A program made the position numbers and the translations under genes. The notes under the pieces were generated by a model. The model searched no databases. It saw nothing but the letters and a program-made list of their open reading frames with translations, and had not been told where the DNA came from. Shown here in pieces: positions 35,801-48,035 of a stretch of DNA of 64,000 bases; the first letter of the stretch is position 1, and each line of letters opens with the position of its first letter. Source of the stretch: Felis catus (lineage: Eukaryota); assembly GCF_018350175.1 (NCBI RefSeq), contig NC_058369.1:5768001-5832000 (forward strand), written 5' to 3'.

Positions 35801-38800
35801 CGCGGGAGTCTTAGGAAGCCCTGAAGCACCTCGGCTCAAATGACACAGGGAACCGTTTACTGCTCCACGCCCCTCTTGCTGCTCCCTGTTGGCATAAAGG
35901 CTCTGAAAAGGCCCGTAAGAGAAAAACCCTAACTCTGCGCGCTCTAACTGTCCTCAGCTACAAAATCCTTTTGGGAACTTGTGCCCAGTGTGTCCCACAG
36001 GGTACGTGCTGGAAAACGCGGACAAGACAGCGGTCCGGTGGCGGAACCAGAAACGGCGTGCAGTCCCGGAGACGGGCACCCAGAGCCTCCACGCGGGGGA
36101 GCGGCGTGGCAGGGCACCCGGCAACGCTCGGGCACCCCCTCCGCCCTCACCTGCTTGCCCTCCTGTCACCCCGCAGACTTGAACGAGTGTGAACTGAAGC
36201 CCCACCTTTGCCTCCACGGGGACTGTGAGAACACAAAAGGCTCCTTTGTCTGCCACTGCCATCTGGGTTACATCATCAGGAAGGGGGCCACGGGCTGCTC
36301 CGGTGAGCTGGCGGTCGGTGGGGTGTGGCACAGGGGGCTCCGAGGGGCCAGCTCGGGGGTCGTGGGGTCCCTGCCCCGTCCCCCGGGGCTGAGCACGGCC
36401 AGAGTTCGTTCTCCCACATTTCCGCGGGTAGGGCCTCGTGTTCAAGCGGGAACAGGACCCAGTCGGGTGCCCCTGGGGCTCCCCTCTAGCCCCCAGCTCT
36501 GCGGGCCCCAGGTGTCCGTGGCAGCGTTCCCAAAGCATGCCAGCCTGATGACGCGACACCCTACGGGGGCGAACGTTTCCACGGTTCGTTAGTCAACTGA
36601 CTCAGGCTCCTAGCGCTGTCGTAACAAATTCCTACCAGTCTCAGGGCTCAGAACCGCAGAAACGTATTCTCTGTCCGGAACGGTTCCCGAGCCCAGAAAT
36701 CTGAAATCAGCACGTCTGCAGGGCTGCGGGGGCTCAGAGGGGGAATCTGTCCCACGCCTCTACTGCCTTTGGCGGTGGCCAGGAGTCCTCCATGTGCCTC
36801 ATCAGCGTGTCGCTCTACTCTCTGAGTCTGTCTTCACGTGGGTTGTCCCTGTGTCTGGGTCCAAATTTCCCTCTTATGAGAATGCCAGTTGCTGGATTAG
36901 GGCCACCAGAATCCAGGATGACCCCATCCTAACCTGGTTACATCCACAAAGACCCTGTTTCCAAATAACGTCCTGTGCACAGCTTCCGGGCATTAGGACA
37001 ACGCGAACGTATCTTTCTGGAGATACACTGATGCGATTATTTTAACGCGTGTTAGAATCCAACGTTATGTAGCAGCCTCAAATCCATGACTCTTTAGAGC
37101 CTGTTGTTGATGTTAAAGTTGGCTTTTAAAATACATTTACCTAAGTAACAGTGAGGAAGCATGGGAAGCAATGTTCGGGAACCAGGAGCTCACTTGGGTG
37201 GTGGGTGGACATTGCAGAGTTACAAGGGTGAGGCTGACTTGGCTGAGGGTCCGAGATGCTGGTTTAGAAGGAAATCCTGCTTTAGGGCGACGACGTATGC
37301 ATTAGGATGGCTACTCTTCAAGTCTACCCTGAGACTCTTACGTTCCTGTTTCAGATCACTTCAGAGGGCTGCTGGGAGTCGTGCCTTTGGGGTTTGGGAG
37401 TTTTCCTCCTGGGCTCTGGGTGACGGGGGAAGCTCCTGAGGTGGGTGGGGGGCTTTCTGGGCCGGCCCTCCCCCAGGAGGGTCCTTGCCCTTCCCCTGCT
37501 GCTGTAGTACCTCCCTACTCTGGACCCGAAGCCCTGTTTCTACAAAGCCCAGGCCTTGTGGGGGTGCCGCGTCCTTCCTCTCCTCTCCTGGTCCAGACCC
37601 TCCCGTGACCGGGTCCCTCTCCCTGCAGATGTGGACGAGTGTGAGCTTGGGGGACACAGCTGTGATAGTCACGCTTCCTGCCTCAACGTCCCTGGGAGTT
37701 TCAGCTGCAGGTGCCAGCCAGGCTGGGTGGGGGATGGCTTCGCATGCCACGGTGAGTGCCTGGGGGCAGGCGGTCTGGGCAGAGCAGCTGAGGTAGGTGG
37801 GGGGCAGGAGGGAGGCGGGGCGGTGGGGGTGGGGGTCTGGGCCCAGGGGTGTCTGTGGGGGTAGAGCTTGGAGGGTCCGCCTCCCTGCAGCCCCCCCAAT
37901 GCGCACACTGGGGGGCCCCGGGCTCCGTGTCCTGCAGACCTGGACGAGTGCGCTTCCCGGGAGCACCAGTGCAGCCTGAGGGCCGACTGCCTGAATGTTC
38001 CTGGCTCCTACCGCTGTGCCTGCCACCAGGGCTTCACCGGGGACGGCTTCTCCTGTGAAGGTGAGAGTGGGGTGGGGCCCGAGGGGACAGCCACGGGGGC
38101 TGGGTTCCAACTGAAACCGATCCCACCTGGTTTACGGCGTCGGGGTGCTGGAGATGATGTGACTTCATCCCCGTGGGGCCACGGGCCAGGCTGAGTCACG
38201 GGGTGGGCCGTCTTCTCCCCTGGACTCTGAATGCATGGAGCCTTCTGGACGTGGAGCACAAGAACACTAGCTTACTTCCCGGTGGCCCTCCACCCGGGTC
38301 CCGCATGACCAGGTCTCCTGTCTTCCCGAGTCGGGGTCTGAGTTCCCGGTACTCCCTGGAACCCTGGGTGACCGTGAAGGGTTTGACCGGGGCCCCCTGC
38401 CCCCGCCCTGCATGGGTCCCGGCCAGCTGGCCCCCAGCCCTCTGCCTCTCGGGGTCCCGCAGACAGGGACGAATGTGCTGAGGACGTGGACCTCTGTGAG
38501 AACGGGCAGTGCCTCAATGCCCCCGGCGGGTACCGCTGTGAATGTGAGATGGGCTTCAGCCCCACGGAGGACCACCGCGCCTGTCGGGGTGAGACCTGGG
38601 GCTGCCAGGCTGGGGGACACAGCAGGAGCAGGCTGCCAGGCAAGGCGGGCTGACCTGGGGTCCCCACAGACGTGGACGAGTGCATTCTCGGGAACCTCTG
38701 TGTGTTCGGGAGCTGCGAGAACCTGCCCGGAATGTTCCGCTGCATCTGCAGTGAGGGCTATGAGCTGGACCGCGGTGGTGGCAATTGCACAGGTGTGGGG

Positions 38801-41095
38801 TCAGCTGGGCTGGGGGGTGGTAGGAGGGGCAGGGCTTACTGCCTCCCTGCCCTCAGATCTCTTCTTGAATGTCCTATTCTGGAGGGGGGGGCTTGTCTGA
38901 CCCCCATCTCCAGCAGTGCCCCCATTGATCCGTGTTCCCATCAACCTCTTCCGTTGGCATCTATCGTCTTCTGAATCAATGCAGTGAATGAATGGTGTAC
39001 TCCCTCCACTACTACCGTCAAAATGACCTCCCACTTATGTATTTAAAACGGGGGTCAGCAAACTTTTCTGGCAAACGACCAGATAGGAAATATTTTTGGC
39101 TTTCCAGCCATACAGTCTCTGTCACAGCTACTCAACTGCCTCGTAGCTCAGAAGCAGATACACACAGGCAGTATGTAAATGAGTGGGCGTGGGTGTGTGC
39201 CAATAAAACTTTATTTACACAAACAGGCAGGGGGCTCTGGCCCACCGATAATAGCCTGCCAACCTGTGGCTCGAAAGCATGTTCTAAATGTTGGGCTTTG
39301 TAGGTTGGCTGCGTGGAACCCATGACACAGGAAACTTTAAAGGGGCAAACCTCCCTCCCAAGTGGAACAGAACAGGGAGGAGAGGGGGTTAGACAGGCCA
39401 GGGCAGACCCTGGAGGCTGCTGTCCCTTCAGGCTTTCTTCCCAGGGGAGGACATGGCCTCACTCCACAACCCACATCCAACATTGAGGGCTTCAGCTTCC
39501 CAGGAGGAAGGTGGGAGGGAAGTGGATTGAGGGAGGGCTCCCGCTGACAGCATTCCCCACTCCTCCACCAGATGTCAATGAGTGTGCAGACCCTGTGAAC
39601 TGCATCAATGGCCTGTGTGTCAACACCCCCGGCAGCTACCTCTGCAATTGTCCCCAGGATTTTGAGCTGAACCCCAGCGGGGTGGGCTGTGTGGGTGAGT
39701 AAGCCCTTGGCTCCAGCTGGGGATCTGATGGCAGGTGAGCTGGGCGGAGCTCAGATTTACCTGTTCTTGACAAACAGGACCTTTGCCAGCCCCTGATCAG
39801 GGCCACTGAGGATGTGTTCTTGCACACCCTTCCACTCCTGGGGTGTGCGCGCACACACACACAGCTCCCTGCCCAGGGACAGTGTCCCTGTCCATTTGTT
39901 CAGACATCCCCTCCTGTCCCTGTGCTCTACACACTCATACATACATGTACACACACAGTCACACGTGTGCACATATACACGTATGCAGAGGCACAGCCAT
40001 GCACACGGGTACAGGTGTACACGCAGCCGCGAGGCAGAGCCAGGCACGCATGCGCACACGGCCGCGAATCAGAGCCAGGCACACAGGCACGCATGCGCAC
40101 ACGGCCGCACGCACAGTTACGCAGAGAGGTGCAAACGCGCGCGCCCTCGTCTCTCCTGCCCCATGCTAACCACCCCTTTCTGTCTGTTCAGACACCCGGG
40201 TCGGGAACTGTTTCCTGGACACGCATGACCGAGGGGATGGTGGTATCTTCTGCGCTGCTGAGATCGGGGTTGGCGTCACCCGGGCTTCTTGCTGTTGCTC
40301 CCTGGGACGGGCCTGGGGTAACCCGTGTGAACTGTGCCCGCTGGCCAACACCAGTGAGTCTCCGGGTGGTGGTGGGGGACACAGGCGAGCACTCCCCAGG
40401 ACTTCGGGGGTCATCTGTGCTAAGGGAGGGACACTGAGAACCAGAGAGGGAGAGGGGCTCGCCCTGGGTCACACAGCATACCTTTAGCAGTTCATCGGCT
40501 GTGCCTCCTCGCTCCACGTCTCTCTCTGCCCTCCCTTCCTGCAAATTCTCTGTGTGTTTCTATTCGCTTGCTTCCTCAGTCCGTCAGCCAGCAATCATTG
40601 AGAGTTCCTCCATGCCCTGTGCAAGGGGCTGGGGACCCAGAGCAGGATGAACCACAGCACGGCACACTGCCCCTCACCTGTATACCAGTGGTCCCCGGAC
40701 TGTGGGAGTAGAGCTATCCTGAGGGTTTGTCTGAGACACAGTGGTGGCCAAGGACAGGAAGTGGATAAGGGAAGACTTTTCAGGACAAAAGGCTTAAATG
40801 AGGTTTTGAAGGATGAGTAGGAGTTTTCTAGGCAGAGCAGGGGGAAGGGTCTGTGATGCTGTGGGAACAGCATGTGCAAAGGCCTCAGGTTCACACACCT
40901 GTCCACCTATTCAGGTGTGTGTGTGTGTCTGTGTGTGTCTGTGTCCATGTGTATATGTGATATCCGGGGTCTTTCTTTCAATGGGGAAGATTTGCAGTCA
41001 CACTGGTCTGGTTTTAGATCAGAAGAAATCACCCCTTTCCACCCCCAGCTGTTAGCACACAGTCCATCTGTTCATATGTTGAATGTGAACACATG

Positions 41096-41139
<44 letters not shown>

Positions 41140-44100
41140 CCCACGTTCCCAGATTGGCTGAAGTCTCTTGGTGCCGAGAGGCTGAGGAGGTAAGGGGATG
41201 GAATTGGTGTGGTAGAGGGATGTGGGACCCATTCTGGAGCCCTTTTTGGGAGACCTCAATTCCCATGCCTCCCTTGGGCTTCACCCCACAGCCCCTCAGA
41301 AGAACCTGTTTCCTTTGCAGCCGAGTATAGAACCTTGTGCCCAGGGGGCGAGGGCTTCCGACCCAACCCCATCACTGTCATTCTGGAAGGTGAGCTCCGG
41401 GCAGACTATCCACTTGCGTACTCAGTGAGCTTTTTCTCATCCCTGCCTCGCCAAAATGCACAGTTGCGGGACAGGGGCACATCCTCCCTCCCCAAGGCCA
41501 AGCAGTGAGGCTAAACTGTTCTGTTTTTGGTGAAGTCTTTGTTTTTTCTTTCATCCGTCTCTTCTTCCAACTGTTGGTTTATTGATCCGTCCTTCCAACA
41601 ACCTATCCATCCACCCATCCATCCATCAGTCCCCCACCCACCCACCCATCCATCCATCATCCCCATCCAGCCACTCACCCACCCACCCATCCATCCATCC
41701 ATCCACCCACCCATCCATCCATCCATCCATCCACCCATCCATCCATCCCCCATCCAACCACTCACCCACCCCATCCATCCATCCATCCATCCACCCACCC
41801 ATCCATCCATCCACTCACCCATCCCCCCATCCATCCATTCATTCATGCATCCCCCATCCACCCATCCATACATACATTTCTCATTCACACACACACCTGT
41901 CCACTTACCCATCCTTCTTTCCCTCCTCCATCCACACATACATACTCCCCCATTCACCCATCTACTCATCTACCCATCCACCCACTTCCCACTCATAAAT
42001 TCCCCATCCTTAATCCTTCCCCCTTCCCTTCCTTTCTCCCACTATTCTCCCTCCCTTCCTTAATTCCTTCCTATTTTCTGTGCATACATACATCATCCAT
42101 CTACTCACCTATCCACCCACCCATCCGTCCATCCATCCATCCATCCATCCATCCATGCACTTATTCATCTTGTTGATTCACTTCTTATTCATCCACTATT
42201 TTTTATATCCATCCATCCATCCATCCATCCATCCATCCATCCATCCATCCTTTTTTAAAAAGTAAGCTCTATGCCAATGTGGGGCTTAAACTTATGACTC
42301 CCAAGATCAAGAGTCACATGCTCTACTGACTGAGCCAGTCAGGCATCCTTCATCCATCCATCCTTTAATAAACAGGGGGTGAGAAGATTGGAGAATTCCA
42401 TCCACAGGGAACTATGTGATGGATGGATAGATGGATGGATGGATGGATGGTTGGATGGATGGGAGTGTGGAGTAGGAAATGAAGAAAAAGGGGATGAATT
42501 CAGGGTGACCTTGACTCAAGAGAGTCTAGGTGCAGCCTCCAAGGTGGACCCTGGCCTGAACGCTCCAAATAGCCCACACCTCTCAGGTATTCTTGAAGAG
42601 GCAGGACTGGCTCCTCCAGGGCCTTGGAGAACCCAAGGCAGGGTGTGGGTGTCCCCCGAGGCCTCTGCTTGGGTTTAGCGGCCAAGCACGGCTTCTTCAC
42701 TTCTTGACAGACATTGATGAGTGCCAGGAGCTGCCCGGGCTGTGCCAGGGGGGAACCTGTGGCAATACCTTTGGCAGCTTCCAGTGTGCCTGCCCACCCG
42801 GCTACCACCTCAATGAGGACACCCGCATCTGTGAGGGTGAGTATACACCTTCCTCTCTAGCCTCACCTCCTCCTCAGGTGCCGGGGCCTGAAGTGCCTTT
42901 AGGGGCTCTACTCACCTGCCTTGCTGCCTGGGGCCCACTGGGAGGGTGGAAAAGGCTTCATCAGAATCCCCCAGCCTGCCCTCTGCTCTGCTCCCTCCCT
43001 CTCACTTCCTGCCCACTTGGAAATGGCCTGGCTTTTCTATGGCAACCATTCCCTTCCTCCTTCGGGCAAAAGCTGACCAAGTCCCAAAGCTGAGAGTGGG
43101 AAGGGACAGACACAGAAGGAATAGCCACACCATTCCTTCAAACAGCGTTCTACCTGTCTCCTTCCTCCCCTCCTTTGGGCATCACAGTAATGACCAACAG
43201 GAAACTGGTGTTTGTGACTGTGTGTCACCCTCGCACTGAGCATCTTCAGTTGTCATTTGTTCAGTCACCACAACAGCCCCGTGAGGGGGATGTTCCATTT
43301 AGGATCCCATTTTTCAGATGCGGAAACTAAGGTTCAGGGAGATGAAGTAACTTGTCCAGCTAGTAAGTGAGCGAAACCCAGCCATTCTGGTCCTTGAGAC
43401 TGAGCTCTTCTAATGCAGTATACTAAGTTGGTCCGTCCACCCACCCACCCATCCACCCATCCATCCATCCATCCATCCATCCATCCATCCATCACCCACC
43501 CATCCATCCATCCATCCATCCATCCACCATCCATCTATCTATCCACCATCCACCCATCCATCCATCCATCCATCTATCCACCATCCACCTATCCATCCAT
43601 CCATCCATCCATCCACCCACCAATTCATTCTTTATTTTCCTTTTAACGATATTAATTGAACACCTATATGTAGCCAGACACCAATACCAACACACAAGGA
43701 CCAATACCAACACACAAGGATAGAATACGTATCTTTTCCCTCAGAGCAGTGCTGTTTATAAACTCTAGGAAATAAGGAAGGAAGGAAGAGGTCTAAGATC
43801 AAAACACCAACCTCCATTGTACGTGGAAGTGGAAGCTGTCACAGCAGAATCAGAACCTAAATACTTGAAGAATGTTTTATTCCTTTCTGCCTCCCCGTCT
43901 CTCGGGACATCAAGGAAGAAAGAGAAAGGTCCAATCCACAAATAAAAGTCACAGGGCAGGGAGCCTTTAACCAGATCACTGACCTTGGATGTGCAGCCTT
44001 GCCGGGCTAGAGGTGCACTTGAGGGCCGCAGTTCTGTGCGGTAGCATAGAATCCTATTCTCCAAAGGGCCCACACTTGGCTTAATGCTTTGCTGTCGCCA

Positions 44101-45688
44101 CCTTGAAACTCTTTGTGGGTCTTGAAGCCCCAGTGTTCATTTTCCACTGGGCAAATTCTGTAGCTGGTCCTTGTCAGATAGTTTGTCTCACACCCGGAAT
44201 CGCTGGGCTGCATGGTGATTCTGTTGACTACTCTGTTGTGTTTGAGGAACTGCCCAACGGTTTTCTGCAGCAGCTACAGCTTTTTACATTCTCACCAGCA
44301 ATGTACAAGGGCCCCGGTTTCTCCACATCCTCACCAACACTGGTATTTCCCATTGCTCAAAGTTACACCGTCTAGTGGGTGCAAAGTAGCATCTCATTGT
44401 GGTTTGGATTTGCATTTTTCCCTGATGACTGATGACTAAGGAGCATCTCTCCACGTGCTTACTGGTCATTTGTATGTCTTTGGAGTAGTGTCTGTTCAGG
44501 TCTTTTGCCCATTTTTAAATGGGGGTTGTCTTTTTGTTGTTGAGCTGTGAGAGCTCTTTCTGTGTTCTGGATATAAGATCCGTAGATACATAAGATACAT
44601 AGATAAGATACATAGTTTGCAAATAGCTTCTCCCATTTTGTAGTTTCTTTTTGCTTTCTTGATGGTGTCCTTCGATGCACACCAGGCTTTAATTCCGATG
44701 AAGCCAAATTTATCTTTTTTTTTTTTTTTCCTTCTGCAGCTGTGTTTTGGTGTCCTCTAAGAATCCATTGCCAAATACAAGGTCATTAAAATTTACCCCT
44801 ATGTCTTTTTTGTTTGTTTGTTTATTTTTGAGGGAGAGACAGAGTGCGAGTAAGGAAGGGACAGAGAGAAAGGGAGACACAGAATCTGAAGCAGGCTCCA
44901 GGCTCTGAGCTGTCAGGACAGAGCCTGACGCGGGGCTCGAACTCATGAACTGCAATATCATGACCTGAGCTGAAGTCAGACGCTCAACTGACTGAGCCAC
45001 CCAGGCGCCCTGACCCCTATGTCTTTTTTCTGAGAGTTTTATCATTTTGGCTCTTACATATTTAGGTTTTCCACTTATTTTGAATTATTTTTTGCCTGTG
45101 GTGTCAGAGAGAGGTCTGACTTCGTTCTTTTGCCTGTGGAGATCCAGTTGTGCCTGCACCACTCGTTGAAGACACCCTTCTTTCCCCATTGAGTGGTCTT
45201 GGCTCCCGTGTCAAAAGTCACGTGACACACGGTTTCCTTCTGGACTCTCCGTTCTATTCTGTTGCTGTATATGGCTATCTTTCGCCCGTACCACACTGTC
45301 CTGATGACTGGAGCACTGTAAGTTTCAAAATTGGGAAGTGTGAGTCCTCTGACTTTGTTTTTCTTTTTCCAAGATGGTTTTGGCTAGGGGGGGGTCCTAT
45401 GTAATTGCACGTGCATTTAAGACTAACTTTTCCATTTCTGCAAAAATGAAGGCATTGGGGTTTTGATGGGGATTGCATGGCAACTCTAAATTGCCGTGGG
45501 GAGTATTGCTGTGTTAACAGTATTAAATCTTCTGATCCATGTACACAGGAGGTCTTTCCGTTCCTCTCAGTCTTCTTTAGTTTTTTTTCCGTGATGTTTT
45601 GTAGTTTTCAGTGTTCAACTCTTGTGTCTCTCTGGTTAAATTCATTCCTAAGCATTGCATTTTTGGGACGCTGTTAGAAGCAGAATTT

Positions 45689-45729
<41 letters not shown>

Positions 45730-47734
45730 TTTTTATTTTTTTTAATTTTTTTTTAACGTTTATTTATTTTTGAGACAGAGACAGAGCATGAACGGGGGAG
45801 GGGCAGAGAGAGAGGAAGACACAGAATCAGAAGCAGGCTCCAGGCTCTGAGCCATCAGCCCAGAGCCCGACGCGGGGCTCGAACTCCCAGACCGCGAGAT
45901 CGTGACCTGGCTGAAGTCGGACGCTTAACCGACTGAGCCGCCCAGGCGCCCCTATTTTATTTTTTAAAAGCTTTTTTTAATGTTTATTTACTTTTTAATT
46001 TTTTTAATCTTTATTTATTTTTGAGAGAGAGAGAGAGAGAGTGCGAGCAGGGGAGGGGGAGACACAGAATCCGAAGCAGGCTCCAGGCTCTGAGCTGTCA
46101 GCACAGAGCCCGACGCGGGACTCAAACCCATGAAACGCCAGTTCATGACCTGAGCCAAAATCGGACGCTTAATCAACTGAGCCATCCAGGCACCCCGAAT
46201 ATTTATTTATTTTTCAGACAGAGAGACAGAGTGCGAGCAGGGAAGAGGCAAAGAGAGAGGGAGACACAGAATCGGAAGCAGGCTCCAGGCTCTGGGCTCT
46301 GAGCTATCAGCACAGAAGCTGATAAGGGGCTTGAACTCGTGAACTGTGAGATCATGACCTGAACTGAAGTCAGATGCTTAATTGACTAAGCAACCCAGGC
46401 AACCCCCCCACCAAATTTTGTTTAATGTTTGTTTTTGAGAGAGAGACCGCATGAGCAGGAGAGAGGGAGACACAGAACTCAAAGTAGGCTCCAGGCTCCA
46501 CGCTGTCAGCACAGAGCCCAATGAAGGGCTTGAACCCACAAACTGTGAGATTATGACATGAGCCAAAGTCAAATGCTCAACCAGCTGAGCCACCCAGGTG
46601 CCCCAATATTTATTTATTTTTGAGAGAGAGATAGAGCGTGAGCAGGGGAGGGGCAGAGAGAGAGGGAGACACAGAATCTGAAGCAGGCTCCAGGCTCTGA
46701 GCTTCAGTACAGAGCCTGATGCAGGGCTTGAACCCACAAACCATGAGATCACGACCTGAGTCAAAGTCAGACCCTTAACTGACTGAGCCACGCAGGTGCC
46801 CCATTAAAACTTTATTCTTAAGTGGGGCACTTGGGTGGCTCAGTCAATTGAGTCTCCAACTCTGGCCTGGGCCATGATCTCACCTTTTGCGGGTTTGAGC
46901 CGCACATCGGACCCACTGCTCTCAGGCAGAGCCCACTTCTGATCCTCTGTCCCCCTCTCACTGTGCTTCCCCCACCGGTGCTCTCTCTCTCTCTCTCAAA
47001 ATGAAGTAAAGCTTCTACTTGTTTAAAAAAAATGATTTTATTTTTAAGTAATCTCTACACCCAACATGGGGTTGAACTCACAACCCTGAGATCAAGAATC
47101 GCACGCTCCACAGATTGAGCCTGCCCGGCGCCCCTTTGTTCTGTAGGTTTTTTAGGATAGCTTACATATCAGATGCCATGGTTGTTGTAAGTTTTTGACT
47201 GGATTCCAGACTCCTGCAAAAGTCGATTTTGTCAGTTTTCGCCAGCTTGATAGTTTTGTGCAGGAGTGGAGGCTGATGTCCCATACTCTGCCGTTTTTGG
47301 TGATAATGCTAATATTCCACTATCTGTTTTTATATATCTCACTAGCTGAGAATGCTTGTTACACTTAAAAAAAAAATTCTTAATGTTTATTCATTTTTGA
47401 GAGACAGAGCATGAGCAGGGGAGGGGCAGAGAGAGAAGGAGACACAGAGTCTGAAGCAGGCTCCAGGCTCTGAGCTGTCAGCACAGAACCCGACACGGGG
47501 CCGGAACTCATGAACCCCGAGATCATGACCTGAGCTGAAGTCGGACGCTTAACCGACTGAGCCACCCAGGCACCCCAGGTCATATTTTTTTCTTAATAGA
47601 AGTGAGGTCAGGAGCGCCTGGGGTGGCTCAGTCGCTTGAGCATCCGACTCTGGATTTTGGCTCGGGTCATAATCCCAGGGTCATGGGATCAAGCCCCACA
47701 CTGGGTTCCATGGTCAATGTGGAACCTGCTTAAG

Positions 47735-47780
<46 letters not shown>

Positions 47781-47884
47781 CCTCCCCCTCCCTCCCTCCC
47801 TCCCCCTCTCTCCCTCTCTCCCTCCCTCTCCCTCTCTCCCTCTCTCCCTCTCTCCCTCTGGCTCTCTTCCATGCTCACACACGT

Positions 47885-47918
<34 letters not shown>

Positions 47919-47992
47919 CCTCTCCCTCTCCCTCTCCCTCTCCCTCTCCCTCTCCCTCTCTCCCTCTGGCTCTCTTCCATGCTCACACACGT

Positions 47993-48035
<43 letters not shown>

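Noticed and set aside
41511..42063. WMDG/HPSI repeat ORFs
   Set aside because: Translations of the (CCAT)n array.
43681..43720. Perfect 20-nt tandem duplication ccaataccaacacacaagga
   Set aside because: Ordinary local slippage in a deep intron with no sign of function.
45690..47135. Regularly spaced repeats resembling a CRISPR-like array
   Set aside because: Units are ~200-nt SINEs with tails; eukaryotic DNA, no short repeat-spacer pattern, no cas genes.
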